A stretch of 51,414 bases of DNA from Bacilli bacterium. Its GTDB lineage: Bacteria > Bacillota_I > Bacilli_A > RFN20 > CAG-826. The DNA lies in contig JAILEX010000029.1 in the NCBI GenBank assembly GCA_024687185.1, positions 1-51,414 of the forward strand, read 5' to 3'. Below the pieces are notes generated by a model, which was not told where the DNA came from, did no database searches, and saw nothing but the letters and a program-made list of their open reading frames with translations. This document shows positions 39,060 to 48,867 of this stretch, piece after piece. A program made the translations under genes and the position numbers. Each line of letters begins with the position of its first letter. The first letter of the stretch is position 1.

Positions 39060-39095
39060 GTCGGTTACCTCACCCCCTGTAGTAGCCGACTTTTT
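39060..39095 (+). terminator. Rho-independent terminator after the PIN gene
   Basis: GTCGGTTAC...GTAGCCGAC stem followed by TTTTTT. Confidence 0.75.
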
Positions 39096-39196
39096 TGTTG
39101 CCTTGATAGTGCTCTCGAATTGTTTTGCATTATAAACAAATCCGTTTTTGTCCGCTTTCCCCTTCTATTTACAAATAAGTAAGTAGGAGGACAAAA

Positions 39197-39664
39197 ATGA
39201 TTAATTTTCTCGATGGCGATAGCCGCGCCCAACCATTCGTTCAATTTCTTAACCGCCTTATCTACGACCATTACTCCGTGATTTACCCCAAAAGGAAAAG
39301 ATCGCCCCTTGGGGAGCCTTTATATAGGATAAATGACGTATTGGGCGTGCTCGCGTTCGCGTGCGCCACAAAAAGCGCCTATCCGGAAAAGGAGATACGC
39401 AATTGCTCGCTAGAGGCCATTAGACAACTCCCGCCCACGGAAAGCATCTTTAAGGAATGGGCGAGTTTAAGCATAGAGGGGGTGGTGATCGGATATTGCG
39501 AGAAAATAGACGACATCGTTTATAGGCTCGCGCAGGAAAAAGGGGAAGAAGGGCTTTGCATCAGATGCCCTCTTTTCCTTAGAAGAACCGAGATCACCGA
39601 GGCCTTATTTAAGGAAATTCAAAAAATGAGTAAAGAAAAAGATTCGATTAATTCTAGCAACTAA
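39197..39664 (+). CDS. Hypothetical protein
   Basis: 155-aa ORF with strong AGGAGG RBS; no recognisable motif. Confidence 0.6.
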   Translation: MINFLDGDSRAQPFVQFLNRLIYDHYSVIYPKRKRSPLGEPLYRINDVLGVLAFACATKSAYPEKEIRNCSLEAIRQLPPTESIFKEWASLSIEGVVIGYCEKIDDIVYRLAQEKGEEGLCIRCPLFLRRTEITEALFKEIQKMSKEKDSINSSN

Positions 39665-39681
39665 AGGAAATTGCAAAATAT

Positions 39682-39708
39682 TTAGCACTCAGGTGTTGAC
39701 TCTGCTAA
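39682..39708 (+). promoter_or_regulatory. CIRCE element 1 (HrcA operator) overlapping the -35 box
   Basis: TTAGCACTC-N9-CTCTGCTAA; TTGACT at 39696-39701 and TATCAT at 39718-39723. Confidence 0.8.
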
Positions 39709-39727
39709 AAAATGGTATATCATATAG

Positions 39728-39754
39728 TTAGCACTTAGGAAGAACGAGTGCTAA
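39728..39754 (+). promoter_or_regulatory. CIRCE element 2 (HrcA operator)
   Basis: TTAGCACTT-N9-GAGTGCTAA. Confidence 0.9.
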
Positions 39755-39783
39755 AGAACTTAGATTTCCAGGAGGTTAACACC

Positions 39784-40203
39784 ATGAACTACATTACCAG
39801 AACCAGCGATCCCTTCTTCGGGGCATTCCTAGACAACTTCTTCGGAGAGGAGGTTTCTCCTCGCGAAGGCTCCCTTGCCATGAGGACCGACATCATCGAG
39901 GGCAAGGAGGATTACCTCATCACCATAGAGATCCCGGGCGTCAAGAAAGAGGATATCGCCCTCTCCTTGAAGGACCGCTATCTCACCGTCACCGTCACCA
40001 ACAAAAACGAATCCAAAGAAGTCAAAGACGTCCACTATCTACGCGCCGAGAGAAGCTATGGAACTTCCAGCCGCAGCTTCTATGTCGGCGATGCGACCGA
40101 AACGGATTTCAACGCCAACTACGAAAACGGCATCCTCTCGATTGAATTCGCCAAGAAGGCATTCAAGCACGAGGAAGAACCCCGTAAGATCGCCATCAAA
40201 TAA
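39784..40203 (+). CDS. Hsp20/alpha-crystallin small heat-shock protein
   Basis: MRTDI, EIPGVKKEDI, ERSYG, ANYENGILSI; true start ATG 39784 after AGGAGG. Confidence 0.95.
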   Translation: MNYITRTSDPFFGAFLDNFFGEEVSPREGSLAMRTDIIEGKEDYLITIEIPGVKKEDIALSLKDRYLTVTVTNKNESKEVKDVHYLRAERSYGTSSRSFYVGDATETDFNANYENGILSIEFAKKAFKHEEEPRKIAIK

Positions 40204-40233
40204 AGGTTGCAGGAATTAAGTACTCCTTTCAAC

Positions 40234-40263
40234 CGGGGCCCTTAGGACAAGGGTCCCTTTTTT
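40234..40263 (+). terminator. Terminator after hsp20
   Basis: GGGGCCCTT-aggac-AAGGGTCCC followed by a T-run. Confidence 0.75.
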
Positions 40264-40305
40264 GTTGCGTATTCTTTGAATAACCACGACGGAGTTGCTA
40301 AGATA

Positions 40306-40328
40306 TAGACACCCCCAGGGGGTATCTA
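40306..40328. promoter_or_regulatory. CsoR operator
   Basis: TAGACACCCCC-A-GGGGGTATCTA palindrome with C/G tracts, directly before the copA ATG; csoR is in the same operon. Confidence 0.8.
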
Positions 40329-40330
40329 AA

Positions 40331-42688
40331 ATGAAAAAGAAATACGAAGTAACCGGCATGATGTGCGCGGCTTGCCAAGCCCACGTCGAAAAGGCCGTCA
40401 ATGGCGTTAACGGCGTGAAAAACGTCTCCGTTTCCCTACTTGGAAAGAACATGGTCGTCGATTATGACGAAGGCTGCTGCGGCGACGAAACGATCATCGG
40501 AGCCGTTTCCAAAGCGGGTTATGGCGCTTGCGTCTATCAACCAGAATCGGTCAGAGTCGCCCAAGAGAAAAAGAAGAAAGCCCTGAAGAAGCAAAGGAAT
40601 AGCATGATCCTAAGCGTTATCTTCCTCCTTCTTTTGATGGTGTTTTCCATGGGGCCCATGATCCCTGTGGTTATGGAACAAATCGAGGCTTTGGCGACGT
40701 CAAACACCGGCCTATATTACTTCGTTAGCGTCTTCAACGTCGCGATTCAGTTCGTGTTTTTGGCCCCGATTGTGATTTTGAACCGTCAAAGGTTTGTTTC
40801 GGGCTTCAAAAGCCTCATTTCAAGGAACCCAAACATGGATGCCTTGGTCGCTTTGGGCTCGACGGCGAGCATGATCTATGGCGTGTATGCCTTTATTAGA
40901 TTGATTATCGGAGTAGTTAACGATAATCCGATGGAAGTCATGGATTTCTCGATGAGGATGTATATCGAATCCGCGGCCATGATCCCCGTCTTTATTAGCA
41001 TTGGTAAATATCTAGAAGCCAAAGCCACCGCGAAAACGACTTCTTCCATTGCCTCTTTGATGGCCCTAGTCCCCGAAACCGCTTGGCTAATGAAGGGGGA
41101 TGAAGCCATTGAAGTCGCAACCGATTCCCTAAAGGAAAACGACCTGGTCATGGTAAAGCCTGGCGAAAGCATTCCTACCGATGGCGTGGTCGTTTCCGGT
41201 TATTCTTCCGTTAACGAAGCCGCGATCACAGGCGAAAGCGCACCCATAGAAAAAGGGGAAGGCGATAAGGTCGTCGGCGCAACCGTCAACATGGAAGGAA
41301 GGCTAATTTATCGGGTAACCGAAGTTGGAAAAGATTCGACCATCGGCAAGATTATTACCCTGGTTGAAGAAGCAAGCGAAACCAAAATGCCCATCGCTCG
41401 CCTTGCCGATAAGATCGCCAAGGTATTCGTTCCCGCCGTTATTGGAATCGCCATATTCGTTTTTGCCCTATGGATGGTTTTAACTGGCGTTGGCGCAGTT
41501 GAAAGGGAGGCTAGGCCAGATGTGGACCTAGCGTTCCAACTCGCGATTTCCGTTTTGGTCATTTCTTGCCCGTGTGCCTTAGGCTTAGCGACCCCGGTCG
41601 CCGTGATGGTTGGCACTGGCAAGGGCGCGGAAAACGGTATCCTCATCAAATCCGCGACCGCGTTTGAAACCCTAATCAAAGCCGACACCGTCGTGTTCGA
41701 CAAAACCGGAACCTTGACCACCGGGGAGATGAGCGTAAAGGAATTCATCAGCTACGAAAAAGAGGAAAAGGACATTTTGACCAAGGTCATGTCCATTGAG
41801 AAAAACTCTGAGCACCCCTTATCGAAAGCCGTTACGAAATATGGGGAAGAAAAAGGATTATCTACCATTCCCGTTGACGATTTTGAATATATAATGGGAC
41901 AAGGGGTAAAAGGGCTAGGAATCTCCATTGGAAATAAGCGCCTATTAAAAGAAGGAACCCTAGAGAAAGAAGAGAGGGTCCGCGAGGATTTCAAACGTCT
42001 TTCTAGCTTAGGGTTAACCGTTTTGTTCATAGTCGTAAATGAACGCGTATCTGGGCTTATCGGCATTGGCGATAATTTGAAAGAAAATGCGGTTTTGGCT
42101 GTAAAAAATCTTAAATTGCAGGGAAAACGCGTGATTATGCTTACCGGGGATAATAGCGTTACTGCAGAGGTGATTGCAAAGCCTTTGGGGTTAGATCAAG
42201 TCTACTCTGAGGTCCTTCCGGATCAGAAGCAGGAAATCATTGAAAAACTGCAAAGGGAAGGCCATGCGGTTTGCATGGTCGGAGACGGTGTAAACGACGC
42301 TCCTGCATTGACAAAAGCGGACATTGGTATCGCTATAGGCGCAGGAACCGATGTCGCCATCGATTCTAGCGACATAATCCTTGTTAGGGGAGACCCGATG
42401 GACGTCGTTTCTGCGATTGAACTTAGCAAAAAGGTCAACTCCAATATCAGGGAGAACCTCGCCTGGGCGTTTATGTATAACATCATCCTCATTCCCTTTG
42501 CGGCTGGCGCCTTTTATGGCATTAGCGTTTCGCCCAATTGGTTCACAGGCAGTCAAAGCCATTTGGTTTTGACGCCTATGATCGCTTCGATGGCCATGTC
42601 GCTATCAAGCGTTACCGTGGTTTGCAACGCATTACGTTTGCGTTTATTTAAATCTTCATCATCTAAAGGAGGTAAAAAAGATGTTTGA
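40331..42688 (+). CDS. copA: Copper-translocating P1B-type ATPase
   Basis: GMMCAAC metal-binding domain, TGES, CPC, DKTGT, SEHP, GDGVND, YN and MSLSS motifs; start at ATG 40331. Confidence 0.95.
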   Translation: MKKKYEVTGMMCAACQAHVEKAVNGVNGVKNVSVSLLGKNMVVDYDEGCCGDETIIGAVSKAGYGACVYQPESVRVAQEKKKKALKKQRNSMILSVIFLLLLMVFSMGPMIPVVMEQIEALATSNTGLYYFVSVFNVAIQFVFLAPIVILNRQRFVSGFKSLISRNPNMDALVALGSTASMIYGVYAFIRLIIGVVNDNPMEVMDFSMRMYIESAAMIPVFISIGKYLEAKATAKTTSSIASLMALVPETAWLMKGDEAIEVATDSLKENDLVMVKPGESIPTDGVVVSGYSSVNEAAITGESAPIEKGEGDKVVGATVNMEGRLIYRVTEVGKDSTIGKIITLVEEASETKMPIARLADKIAKVFVPAVIGIAIFVFALWMVLTGVGAVEREARPDVDLAFQLAISVLVISCPCALGLATPVAVMVGTGKGAENGILIKSATAFETLIKADTVVFDKTGTLTTGEMSVKEFISYEKEEKDILTKVMSIEKNSEHPLSKAVTKYGEEKGLSTIPVDDFEYIMGQGVKGLGISIGNKRLLKEGTLEKEERVREDFKRLSSLGLTVLFIVVNERVSGLIGIGDNLKENAVLAVKNLKLQGKRVIMLTGDNSVTAEVIAKPLGLDQVYSEVLPDQKQEIIEKLQREGHAVCMVGDGVNDAPALTKADIGIAIGAGTDVAIDSSDIILVRGDPMDVVSAIELSKKVNSNIRENLAWAFMYNIILIPFAAGAFYGISVSPNWFTGSQSHLVLTPMIASMAMSLSSVTVVCNALRLRLFKSSSSKGGKKDV

Positions 42689-42902
42689 TAAGGCAGTTAA
42701 GGAAATTAAGGTTGGCGGAATGATGTGCGACCACTGTGTCGCCCACGTCAAAACCGCTTTGGAAGGGGTCGAAGGAGTTAAATCCGCCGAAGTCGACCTA
42801 AAGAAAGGCTCCGCCAAAGTGAAATACAAAGGCGAATTCCCGGAAGAGGCGATCAAGAAGGCGATTGAAGATGCCGACTATACCTATGGGGGAACCATTT
42901 GA
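42681..42902 (+). CDS. copZ: Copper chaperone (HMA domain)
   Basis: GMMCDHC motif, 73 aa. Confidence 0.9.
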   Translation: MFDKAVKEIKVGGMMCDHCVAHVKTALEGVEGVKSAEVDLKKGSAKVKYKGEFPEEAIKKAIEDADYTYGGTI

Positions 42903-43165
42903 TGAGAGCTGACCACGACCTCGTCAAAAAACAGCTCAATATCGTTAAAGGCCAACTCGAGGGCATCTCGAAGATGGTGGACAACGACGAATATTGCATC
43001 GATATCTCCAACCAATTGCTTGCGTCGATATCCTTGCTTAGGAAAATCAACCAAATCGTGATATCCGCCCATCTTCAAGGATGCGTGAAAGAAGCGAAAT
43101 CCGAAAAGGAGCTCGAGGATAAGCTGGCTGAGATCGACTACGTATTGAATAGAGCCTTACGTTAG
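42902..43165 (+). CDS. csoR: Copper-sensing repressor CsoR family
   Basis: GQLEGI...YCIDI...HLQGC (C-H-C ligands). Confidence 0.92.
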   Translation: MRADHDLVKKQLNIVKGQLEGISKMVDNDEYCIDISNQLLASISLLRKINQIVISAHLQGCVKEAKSEKELEDKLAEIDYVLNRALR

Positions 43166-44349
43166 TCCAAATTCATTATTTCGATAATTTTGTCTTGGAG
43201 TCCGCCTACGACGACTAGTTTTCCGCCGTCGTTATGGAGGTCGGTTTCGCTACGTACGCCAAAATCTTCCGCGTAAATGCCGGGCTCGTCGGAAAAAGAA
43301 GTGCCATCGAGAAGCTCGCGGGTATCGTGAGTTTCATAATTATCTAAATTGGCGCCTGCGCCATGGGGAGAAACGTCGTCAGCGATGTTGTGGCCAACCC
43401 TATGCTTGAAATAGGGCCCATAGCCTGCATCGGTGATGATTTTCCTGGCGACATCGTCGGCCTCATAGGCCTCTACTCGCCTTTTGGGAAGCTCCCTTGT
43501 TAAGAATTCGATTACGCCATCCCTGGCGGCCTTAACTATGTTAAAGCGGTCTTCGTAAACCTTAGGGACCTCTTTTCCTACATACCCCATCCACGTTATA
43601 TCGGCATAAACGCCTTCTGGGTCGATGTTTTTTGCCCACATGTCGATGAGGACCAAATCGCCTTCCCTAATGGGGGAATGGACGTCTTCGCTAGGACCAT
43701 AATGGGGGTTGGAGGCGTTTGGCCCGATCGCAACAATCGGAGCCTCATCATATACCATGCCCTCTTCGGTAAACCTTCTTGCGATGAATTGCTGAATCTC
43801 ATATTCGTCTGAGATGCCTTTTTCCAATATGTCGTCTTTGATCCTTCTAAAGGCTTCGTCTTTTATCCTTAATGCCTTTTTGCATGCATCTATTTGGGTT
43901 TCATAGGCATGCTTAGAGAGTTTGGCGGAAAAAAACTGCTGGATATCGGCGCTAGAAAGGATTTCGATTCCAAGACCACGAACAAAGTCGACGGACCCAT
44001 AGTCCGCCAAAGATACGCGGGGCAGTAGGCCATATTCGGAGATATCCATCATGACTTTTTTATAGCCCTGAAATTCTTCCCTTTCCAAAGTAAGCATTTC
44101 CTGCCATGTTTTATACCCTTTGATATCGAAAACCGATGTAAGGGTGTCCTCATTTAGGAATACGGTGTCGATAAAATGCGCGATAACATAGGGTTTGGAG
44201 GAAGCAGGTATGACCAAAATGATTTTCCTCGTGAGCATTTTGTTCCCCAAAAGCTTTGCCACGGTCGGGTTCTTGTTTTCGTAGTCGATCATGATCCACG
44301 CGTCGACGCCTTTTTCCCTTAATAGGGCCTGAATTGAATTGATATCCAT
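43162..44349 (-). CDS. M24 family (Xaa-Pro) aminopeptidase
   Basis: PHY, LIDMW, YADIT, HRVGH, SDEPG and GVRSE metal ligands; probable start ATG 44349. Confidence 0.9.
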   Translation of the reverse strand: MDINSIQALLREKGVDAWIMIDYENKNPTVAKLLGNKMLTRKIILVIPASSKPYVIAHFIDTVFLNEDTLTSVFDIKGYKTWQEMLTLEREEFQGYKKVMMDISEYGLLPRVSLADYGSVDFVRGLGIEILSSADIQQFFSAKLSKHAYETQIDACKKALRIKDEAFRRIKDDILEKGISDEYEIQQFIARRFTEEGMVYDEAPIVAIGPNASNPHYGPSEDVHSPIREGDLVLIDMWAKNIDPEGVYADITWMGYVGKEVPKVYEDRFNIVKAARDGVIEFLTRELPKRRVEAYEADDVARKIITDAGYGPYFKHRVGHNIADDVSPHGAGANLDNYETHDTRELLDGTSFSDEPGIYAEDFGVRSETDLHNDGGKLVVVGGLQDKIIEIMNLD

Positions 44350-44443
44350 AAAAAGTCTCTTTCCGTGAGGTAGTATAACGCGTTTTAAGGAAAACAATGT
44401 TTCTTCCTCCCCTTATGGAAGAGAAATCGATTACAATTTACCT

Positions 44444-46180
44444 ATGCAAAGCATATTTTCGAAAAACATAGATTTGGAATTGCCTAGAAACGAGTATCCA
44501 AGACCTCAGTTTAGGAGGGAATCCTTCCTTTGCCTCAATGGGAAATGGGATTTCGCGATCGGCAAAGAAGAACTTAGGGAAGAAGGATACGACAAAACGA
44601 TCGTCGTCCCCTTTGCCCCCGAGACGGAGCTAAGCGGTTTGTCTCGCCGCATAGAAAAAGGCGAGCATCTCCATTATCAAAAGGAATTTGTTTTGCCCAA
44701 AGGTTTTGCAAAGGAAAGGACCTATTTGCATTTCGAGGCGGTAGATCAGATTGCAGACGTCTATTTTAACGGCAAGAAGGTCGCCCATCATGAAGGCGGC
44801 TATTTGCCTTTTTCCGCCGAAGTCACCGATTGTTTAGAAGAGAAAAACGTCATTAGGGTCGATGTCTATGATGACGTTGATAGCGACGTTTATCCTAAGG
44901 GAAAGCAAAACAACAACCCTAGGGGAATATGGTATACGCCCACCTCTGGCATATGGGGAAGCGTATGGATGGAAAGCGTCCCGAATACCCACATCGAAAG
45001 GATTGTCCTTACCCCAAACCTAGATGAAAAAACGCTTAACTTAGAGATTGTTTGTAAGGATTGCGACGATTTAGCGGACGTTTCCATTTGCTTTAACGGC
45101 AAAGAGATCCGCTTAGAAAAAGTGGCTACGAACACCAAGGTCGATATACCCATCGACCCGGTTCGTCCCTGGTCTCCCGAAGATCCTGCTCTATACGATT
45201 TGAAGATAAAGCTAGGCGAAGACGAGGTCTCTTCCTATTTCGCCATGCGCAAATTCTCCTCAATCGAATATAGGGGCAAAAAGGTTTTGGCCCTCAATAA
45301 CAAACCCTATTTTCTTCATGGCGTCCTTGACCAAGGCTATTGGCCAGAAAGCGGCTTAACCCCGCCTAGCGAGGAGGCGTTGGTGTTTGATGTGAAAGCC
45401 ATGAAAGACCTTGGCTTCAACATGCTTAGGAAGCACATCAAGATAGAGCCAATGCCGTTTTATTATCACTGCGACCGTTTGGGTATGGTGGTGATGCAAG
45501 ATATCTTGAACGCCGGCAAATACTATAGCGAATTCCTAATCCATACCTGCCCGTTCATCAGGTGGCCGATAAACGACACGAAGAGCTATAAGCTCCTTGC
45601 TAGGGGGAACAAGGAGTCGCGCGATTACTTCGAAAAAGAGCTTCCCTTATACGTGGAGCACCTATATAACGTGCCCTCTATCGGTGTATGGACCCTATTT
45701 AACGAAGGCTGGGGCCAATTCGACTCCGTTAGGCTATCTAAAAAGTTTAGGGAATACGATTCCTCAAGGCTTTTGGATTCCACCTCCGGTTGGTTTGATA
45801 GGGGCGCTGGCGATTTCTGCTCCAGACACATCTATTTCAGGCTTCCCAAAGCCAAAAACGACGGCAAAAGGATACTGAGCCTATCCGAATTCGGCGGTTT
45901 CGTTTTGCCTATTGAAGGACATGGCTCCGGAACGGGCAAGGGCATCTTCTATACAAGCTGCAAAGGCAAAGAAGACTATGAAGCCAAGATGAGGGAAAGC
46001 TATTTGGACGTTCTTCAACCAATGATTGAGAAAGAAGGGCTTTCGGTAGCGGTCTTCACCCAGCTTAGCGACGTCGAAGAAGAACAAAATGGTCTTTATA
46101 CCTATGATAGGGCCATATGCAAAGTCGATAAGGGCGTATGTTTGGAGATAGCGGAGAAAATGAGGTTCCCCAATGATTAA
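44444..46180 (+). CDS. Glycoside hydrolase family 2
   Basis: EYPRPQF, LNGKWDF, LDQGYWP, GFNMLRKHIK, FNEGWGQF (acid/base), SEFGG (nucleophile). Confidence 0.92.
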   Translation: MQSIFSKNIDLELPRNEYPRPQFRRESFLCLNGKWDFAIGKEELREEGYDKTIVVPFAPETELSGLSRRIEKGEHLHYQKEFVLPKGFAKERTYLHFEAVDQIADVYFNGKKVAHHEGGYLPFSAEVTDCLEEKNVIRVDVYDDVDSDVYPKGKQNNNPRGIWYTPTSGIWGSVWMESVPNTHIERIVLTPNLDEKTLNLEIVCKDCDDLADVSICFNGKEIRLEKVATNTKVDIPIDPVRPWSPEDPALYDLKIKLGEDEVSSYFAMRKFSSIEYRGKKVLALNNKPYFLHGVLDQGYWPESGLTPPSEEALVFDVKAMKDLGFNMLRKHIKIEPMPFYYHCDRLGMVVMQDILNAGKYYSEFLIHTCPFIRWPINDTKSYKLLARGNKESRDYFEKELPLYVEHLYNVPSIGVWTLFNEGWGQFDSVRLSKKFREYDSSRLLDSTSGWFDRGAGDFCSRHIYFRLPKAKNDGKRILSLSEFGGFVLPIEGHGSGTGKGIFYTSCKGKEDYEAKMRESYLDVLQPMIEKEGLSVAVFTQLSDVEEEQNGLYTYDRAICKVDKGVCLEIAEKMRFPND

Positions 46181-46955
46181 GATCGCCTTCTTCGACATCG
46201 ATTGGACCTTATATGACCATGCTTCGCAACGTTGGATCGAATCTGGATTAGAAGCCATAAAGAAACTTCAGGAAAAAGGGATCAAGGTCTTTGTTTGTTC
46301 GGCTAGACCCTACAATTCCCAAGAACTCTTCGGCGTTTTCGATTTAGGTATCCAATGGGACGGCTATATCGCCTCCGCGGGTGCGATCGCGGTTGTGGGC
46401 GATAAAACCGTGAAGAAGATGCTGATGAAGGAAGAAGACGTCTATAAGATCATCGACAAGACGAAGGAACTTGGGAGAACGCTAGAGGTGGTTACGCCTT
46501 TGGACCGCTTCCTCATCGCCCCTCCCGACCATTACGTCTCCTCTTACCATTACGTCTATCAATACATATTGCCCGAAATCAAAGACTACAAAGGGGAAGA
46601 GGCGACCGGGCTTCTGCTATTCACCCCAGAAAGCCTCGATGAGGAAATACATGCGGTATGCCCACATCTAAATTGGTATAGGTTCCATGAATCCGGCGTG
46701 GACATTAGCGATGGGCTCCACGAAAAGGGCGAAGCGATCCAGTCGGTATTAGACTATCTGGGTCTAAGCAAAGAAGAGGCCATATCCTTTGGAGACGATA
46801 CCCAGGATATATCGATGGCTAGGTCCACGGGCGTTTTCGTCTGTATGGGAAACGGTAAGGAAGAGGCCAAAAAAGCGGCCACTTTCGTGACCGATAGAAT
46901 CGAAAACGACGGTGTGGAAAAAGCCCTAATAAAACTAGGCTTAATAGAAAAATAA
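46173..46955 (+). CDS. Cof-type HAD-IIB phosphatase
   Basis: FFDIDWTL, CSAR, K...FGDDTQD motifs. Confidence 0.9.
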   Translation: MIKIAFFDIDWTLYDHASQRWIESGLEAIKKLQEKGIKVFVCSARPYNSQELFGVFDLGIQWDGYIASAGAIAVVGDKTVKKMLMKEEDVYKIIDKTKELGRTLEVVTPLDRFLIAPPDHYVSSYHYVYQYILPEIKDYKGEEATGLLLFTPESLDEEIHAVCPHLNWYRFHESGVDISDGLHEKGEAIQSVLDYLGLSKEEAISFGDDTQDISMARSTGVFVCMGNGKEEAKKAATFVTDRIENDGVEKALIKLGLIEK

Positions 46956-46967
46956 GGAGGGCGTGTC

Positions 46968-47882
46968 ATGAAATTCGGCTCATTTTTCGTTGGATTGCTC
47001 GTAAGGCTACAGAACAAATCCGAAGCGAAAAGAAGGAAACCATTCCCTTCGGAAATACCCGTGGAAGCCAAGTTAGACGTTCCCTATTTAGATGATGGCA
47101 ACTTTTATCACAAAATAGACGTATTCTTGGCCAAAGAAAAACGCAACGACATCTGCCTTGTGGACATCCATGGGGGTTCCTATATCTTCGGGATGAGGAA
47201 GAACAACCATTATTTCGCCTCCAAGTTCGTGAAAGAAGGCTTCGATTTCATCTGCGTCGACTATATCCCCAACGACAAAAAGCGCGGGACCGACTCCATG
47301 ATAAAAGACGTCGCGAGCTGCTTAAGCTTTATCGCCTCGCATAAAGAAGAACTAGGCATAGAGGGCGATCAATTTGCTTTGCTTGGCGATTCTGCCGGGG
47401 GACATATGGCTTTATTCATGCAAGAACTCAGCGAAAGCAAAAAGATGCAGGAGACCTTGGGTTTTGGGGTTGGAGACTTCTCTTCCTATGCCGTCGCGCT
47501 CAATTGCCCCGTCTACGATTATAAAATCGCGATCGATTCCTCCACCTTGACCAAAGGCGGTCGTAGGCGCATGTTCGGGCCCGACGCCAATGACTTCGAA
47601 TTTGCCGATAGATATTCGCCTAGAACCTATATCGACGAAGAAAGCGCCCCAATTTTCGCCTCTACCTTCACCAATGACTTCTTACGTGGCCACCCCTTGC
47701 TTATGAAACAGGAACTACTCGCATTGAAAAGGGAGAATTTCGAGATCTTGGACATCGAGGAAAACGATAAAAACATCGCCCACGTCCATAACCTAATCGC
47801 GCCCGATTTGGAGCAGTCGATAAGGGTAAACGAAGCCATCATCGCCTTCTTGTTAAATTACGCCGACAAAAAGAATTCATAA
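46968..47882 (+). CDS. Alpha/beta hydrolase (HSL-like esterase)
   Basis: HGGS oxyanion motif, GDSAGG nucleophile, C-terminal His. Confidence 0.88.
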   Translation: MKFGSFFVGLLVRLQNKSEAKRRKPFPSEIPVEAKLDVPYLDDGNFYHKIDVFLAKEKRNDICLVDIHGGSYIFGMRKNNHYFASKFVKEGFDFICVDYIPNDKKRGTDSMIKDVASCLSFIASHKEELGIEGDQFALLGDSAGGHMALFMQELSESKKMQETLGFGVGDFSSYAVALNCPVYDYKIAIDSSTLTKGGRRRMFGPDANDFEFADRYSPRTYIDEESAPIFASTFTNDFLRGHPLLMKQELLALKRENFEILDIEENDKNIAHVHNLIAPDLEQSIRVNEAIIAFLLNYADKKNS

Positions 47883-47994
47883 GACTTCTTTTTACTTTCG
47901 TCACACCTATCCGACTTAAACCCATAAAAAAGTGGTTTAAAATCGGTATTTTCCTTTGAGTTTCCCTGTGATTGCTTGTACCATTTTCTTACCT

Positions 47995-48867
47995 ATGGTA
48001 AGCGAGAATGTTGTTTTGGTTTTGCAAGGGGGTGGCACACGTGCCATTTTTTCGGCCGGCGTGACCGACGCCCTCATCGATGGAGGCCTGACTTTCTCTA
48101 GATATGCCGGAACCAGTGCTGGCGCCCTTATTTGCGTCAATCTTGTGGCCAACCAAAGGGGCAGGTCCAAGGATATTGTCATAAAGGGCATGGCGGATAA
48201 GAGGTTCGCAAGCTTTGGAAACTATATCCGCACGGGCTCCTATTTCGGCTTCGATTACCTTTTCAACGTCGTTCCAAAGGAAAAGATCCCCTTCGACTTC
48301 GATTCGTATAACGCGAGTAAATCCGCCCTCTATGTCGGCGCGACTGGGGTTAACGATGGGCAGGCCCACTATTTCGATAGGAATACCTGCAAGGACTTTG
48401 TCGCGGCCTGTTCCGCTTCCTCTTCCCTTCCTTTTCTAGGCAAACCAATCGAGGTGGAAGGCGACTTGTATATGGATGGCGGGACCAGCTGCGCCATCCC
48501 CTATAAAAAGGCGCTAGAAGACGGCGCGGAAAAGCTCGTCGTCATCATGACCAGGGCCAGAGACTATAGGAAAAAGCCCCATAACAAGGTGTCAAGCCTC
48601 CTATACAAGGCGAAATACCATAAATACCCCAAATACCTTTACGCCATGCTCCATGAATATGGCGTCTATAACGACGACCTAGAAGAACTCTTCGCCATGG
48701 AGAAGCAGAAGAAGGCCTTTCTTATCATGCCTAGGACCGCGCCAAAGGTCGGTAGAAAGGAAAAGAACGTCGAAAAGCTCGAAGAACTCTACCAAGAGGG
48801 CTACGAAAGGGGTCAGGAACTTTTGGATTCCCTAAAGGAATTCTTGGGGGAGGACATCCATGAATAG
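47995..48867 (+). CDS. Patatin-like phospholipase family protein
   Basis: QGGGTR, GTSAG, ASSSLP and DGG motifs; probable start ATG 47995. Confidence 0.9.
   Translation: MVSENVVLVLQGGGTRAIFSAGVTDALIDGGLTFSRYAGTSAGALICVNLVANQRGRSKDIVIKGMADKRFASFGNYIRTGSYFGFDYLFNVVPKEKIPFDFDSYNASKSALYVGATGVNDGQAHYFDRNTCKDFVAACSASSSLPFLGKPIEVEGDLYMDGGTSCAIPYKKALEDGAEKLVVIMTRARDYRKKPHNKVSSLLYKAKYHKYPKYLYAMLHEYGVYNDDLEELFAMEKQKKAFLIMPRTAPKVGRKEKNVEKLEELYQEGYERGQELLDSLKEFLGEDIHE

Noticed and set aside
39748-39783. GTG-started extension of Hsp20 (and the similar TTG extension of CopA at 40295)
   Set aside because: These starts lie within or upstream of operators; ATGs at 39784 and 40331 have proper RBS context.
41760-42250. 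AT-richer patch inside copA (and rnmV) as a sign of recombination
   Set aside because: Reading frames are intact with no boundaries or repeats; it cannot be distinguished from normal variation without computation.
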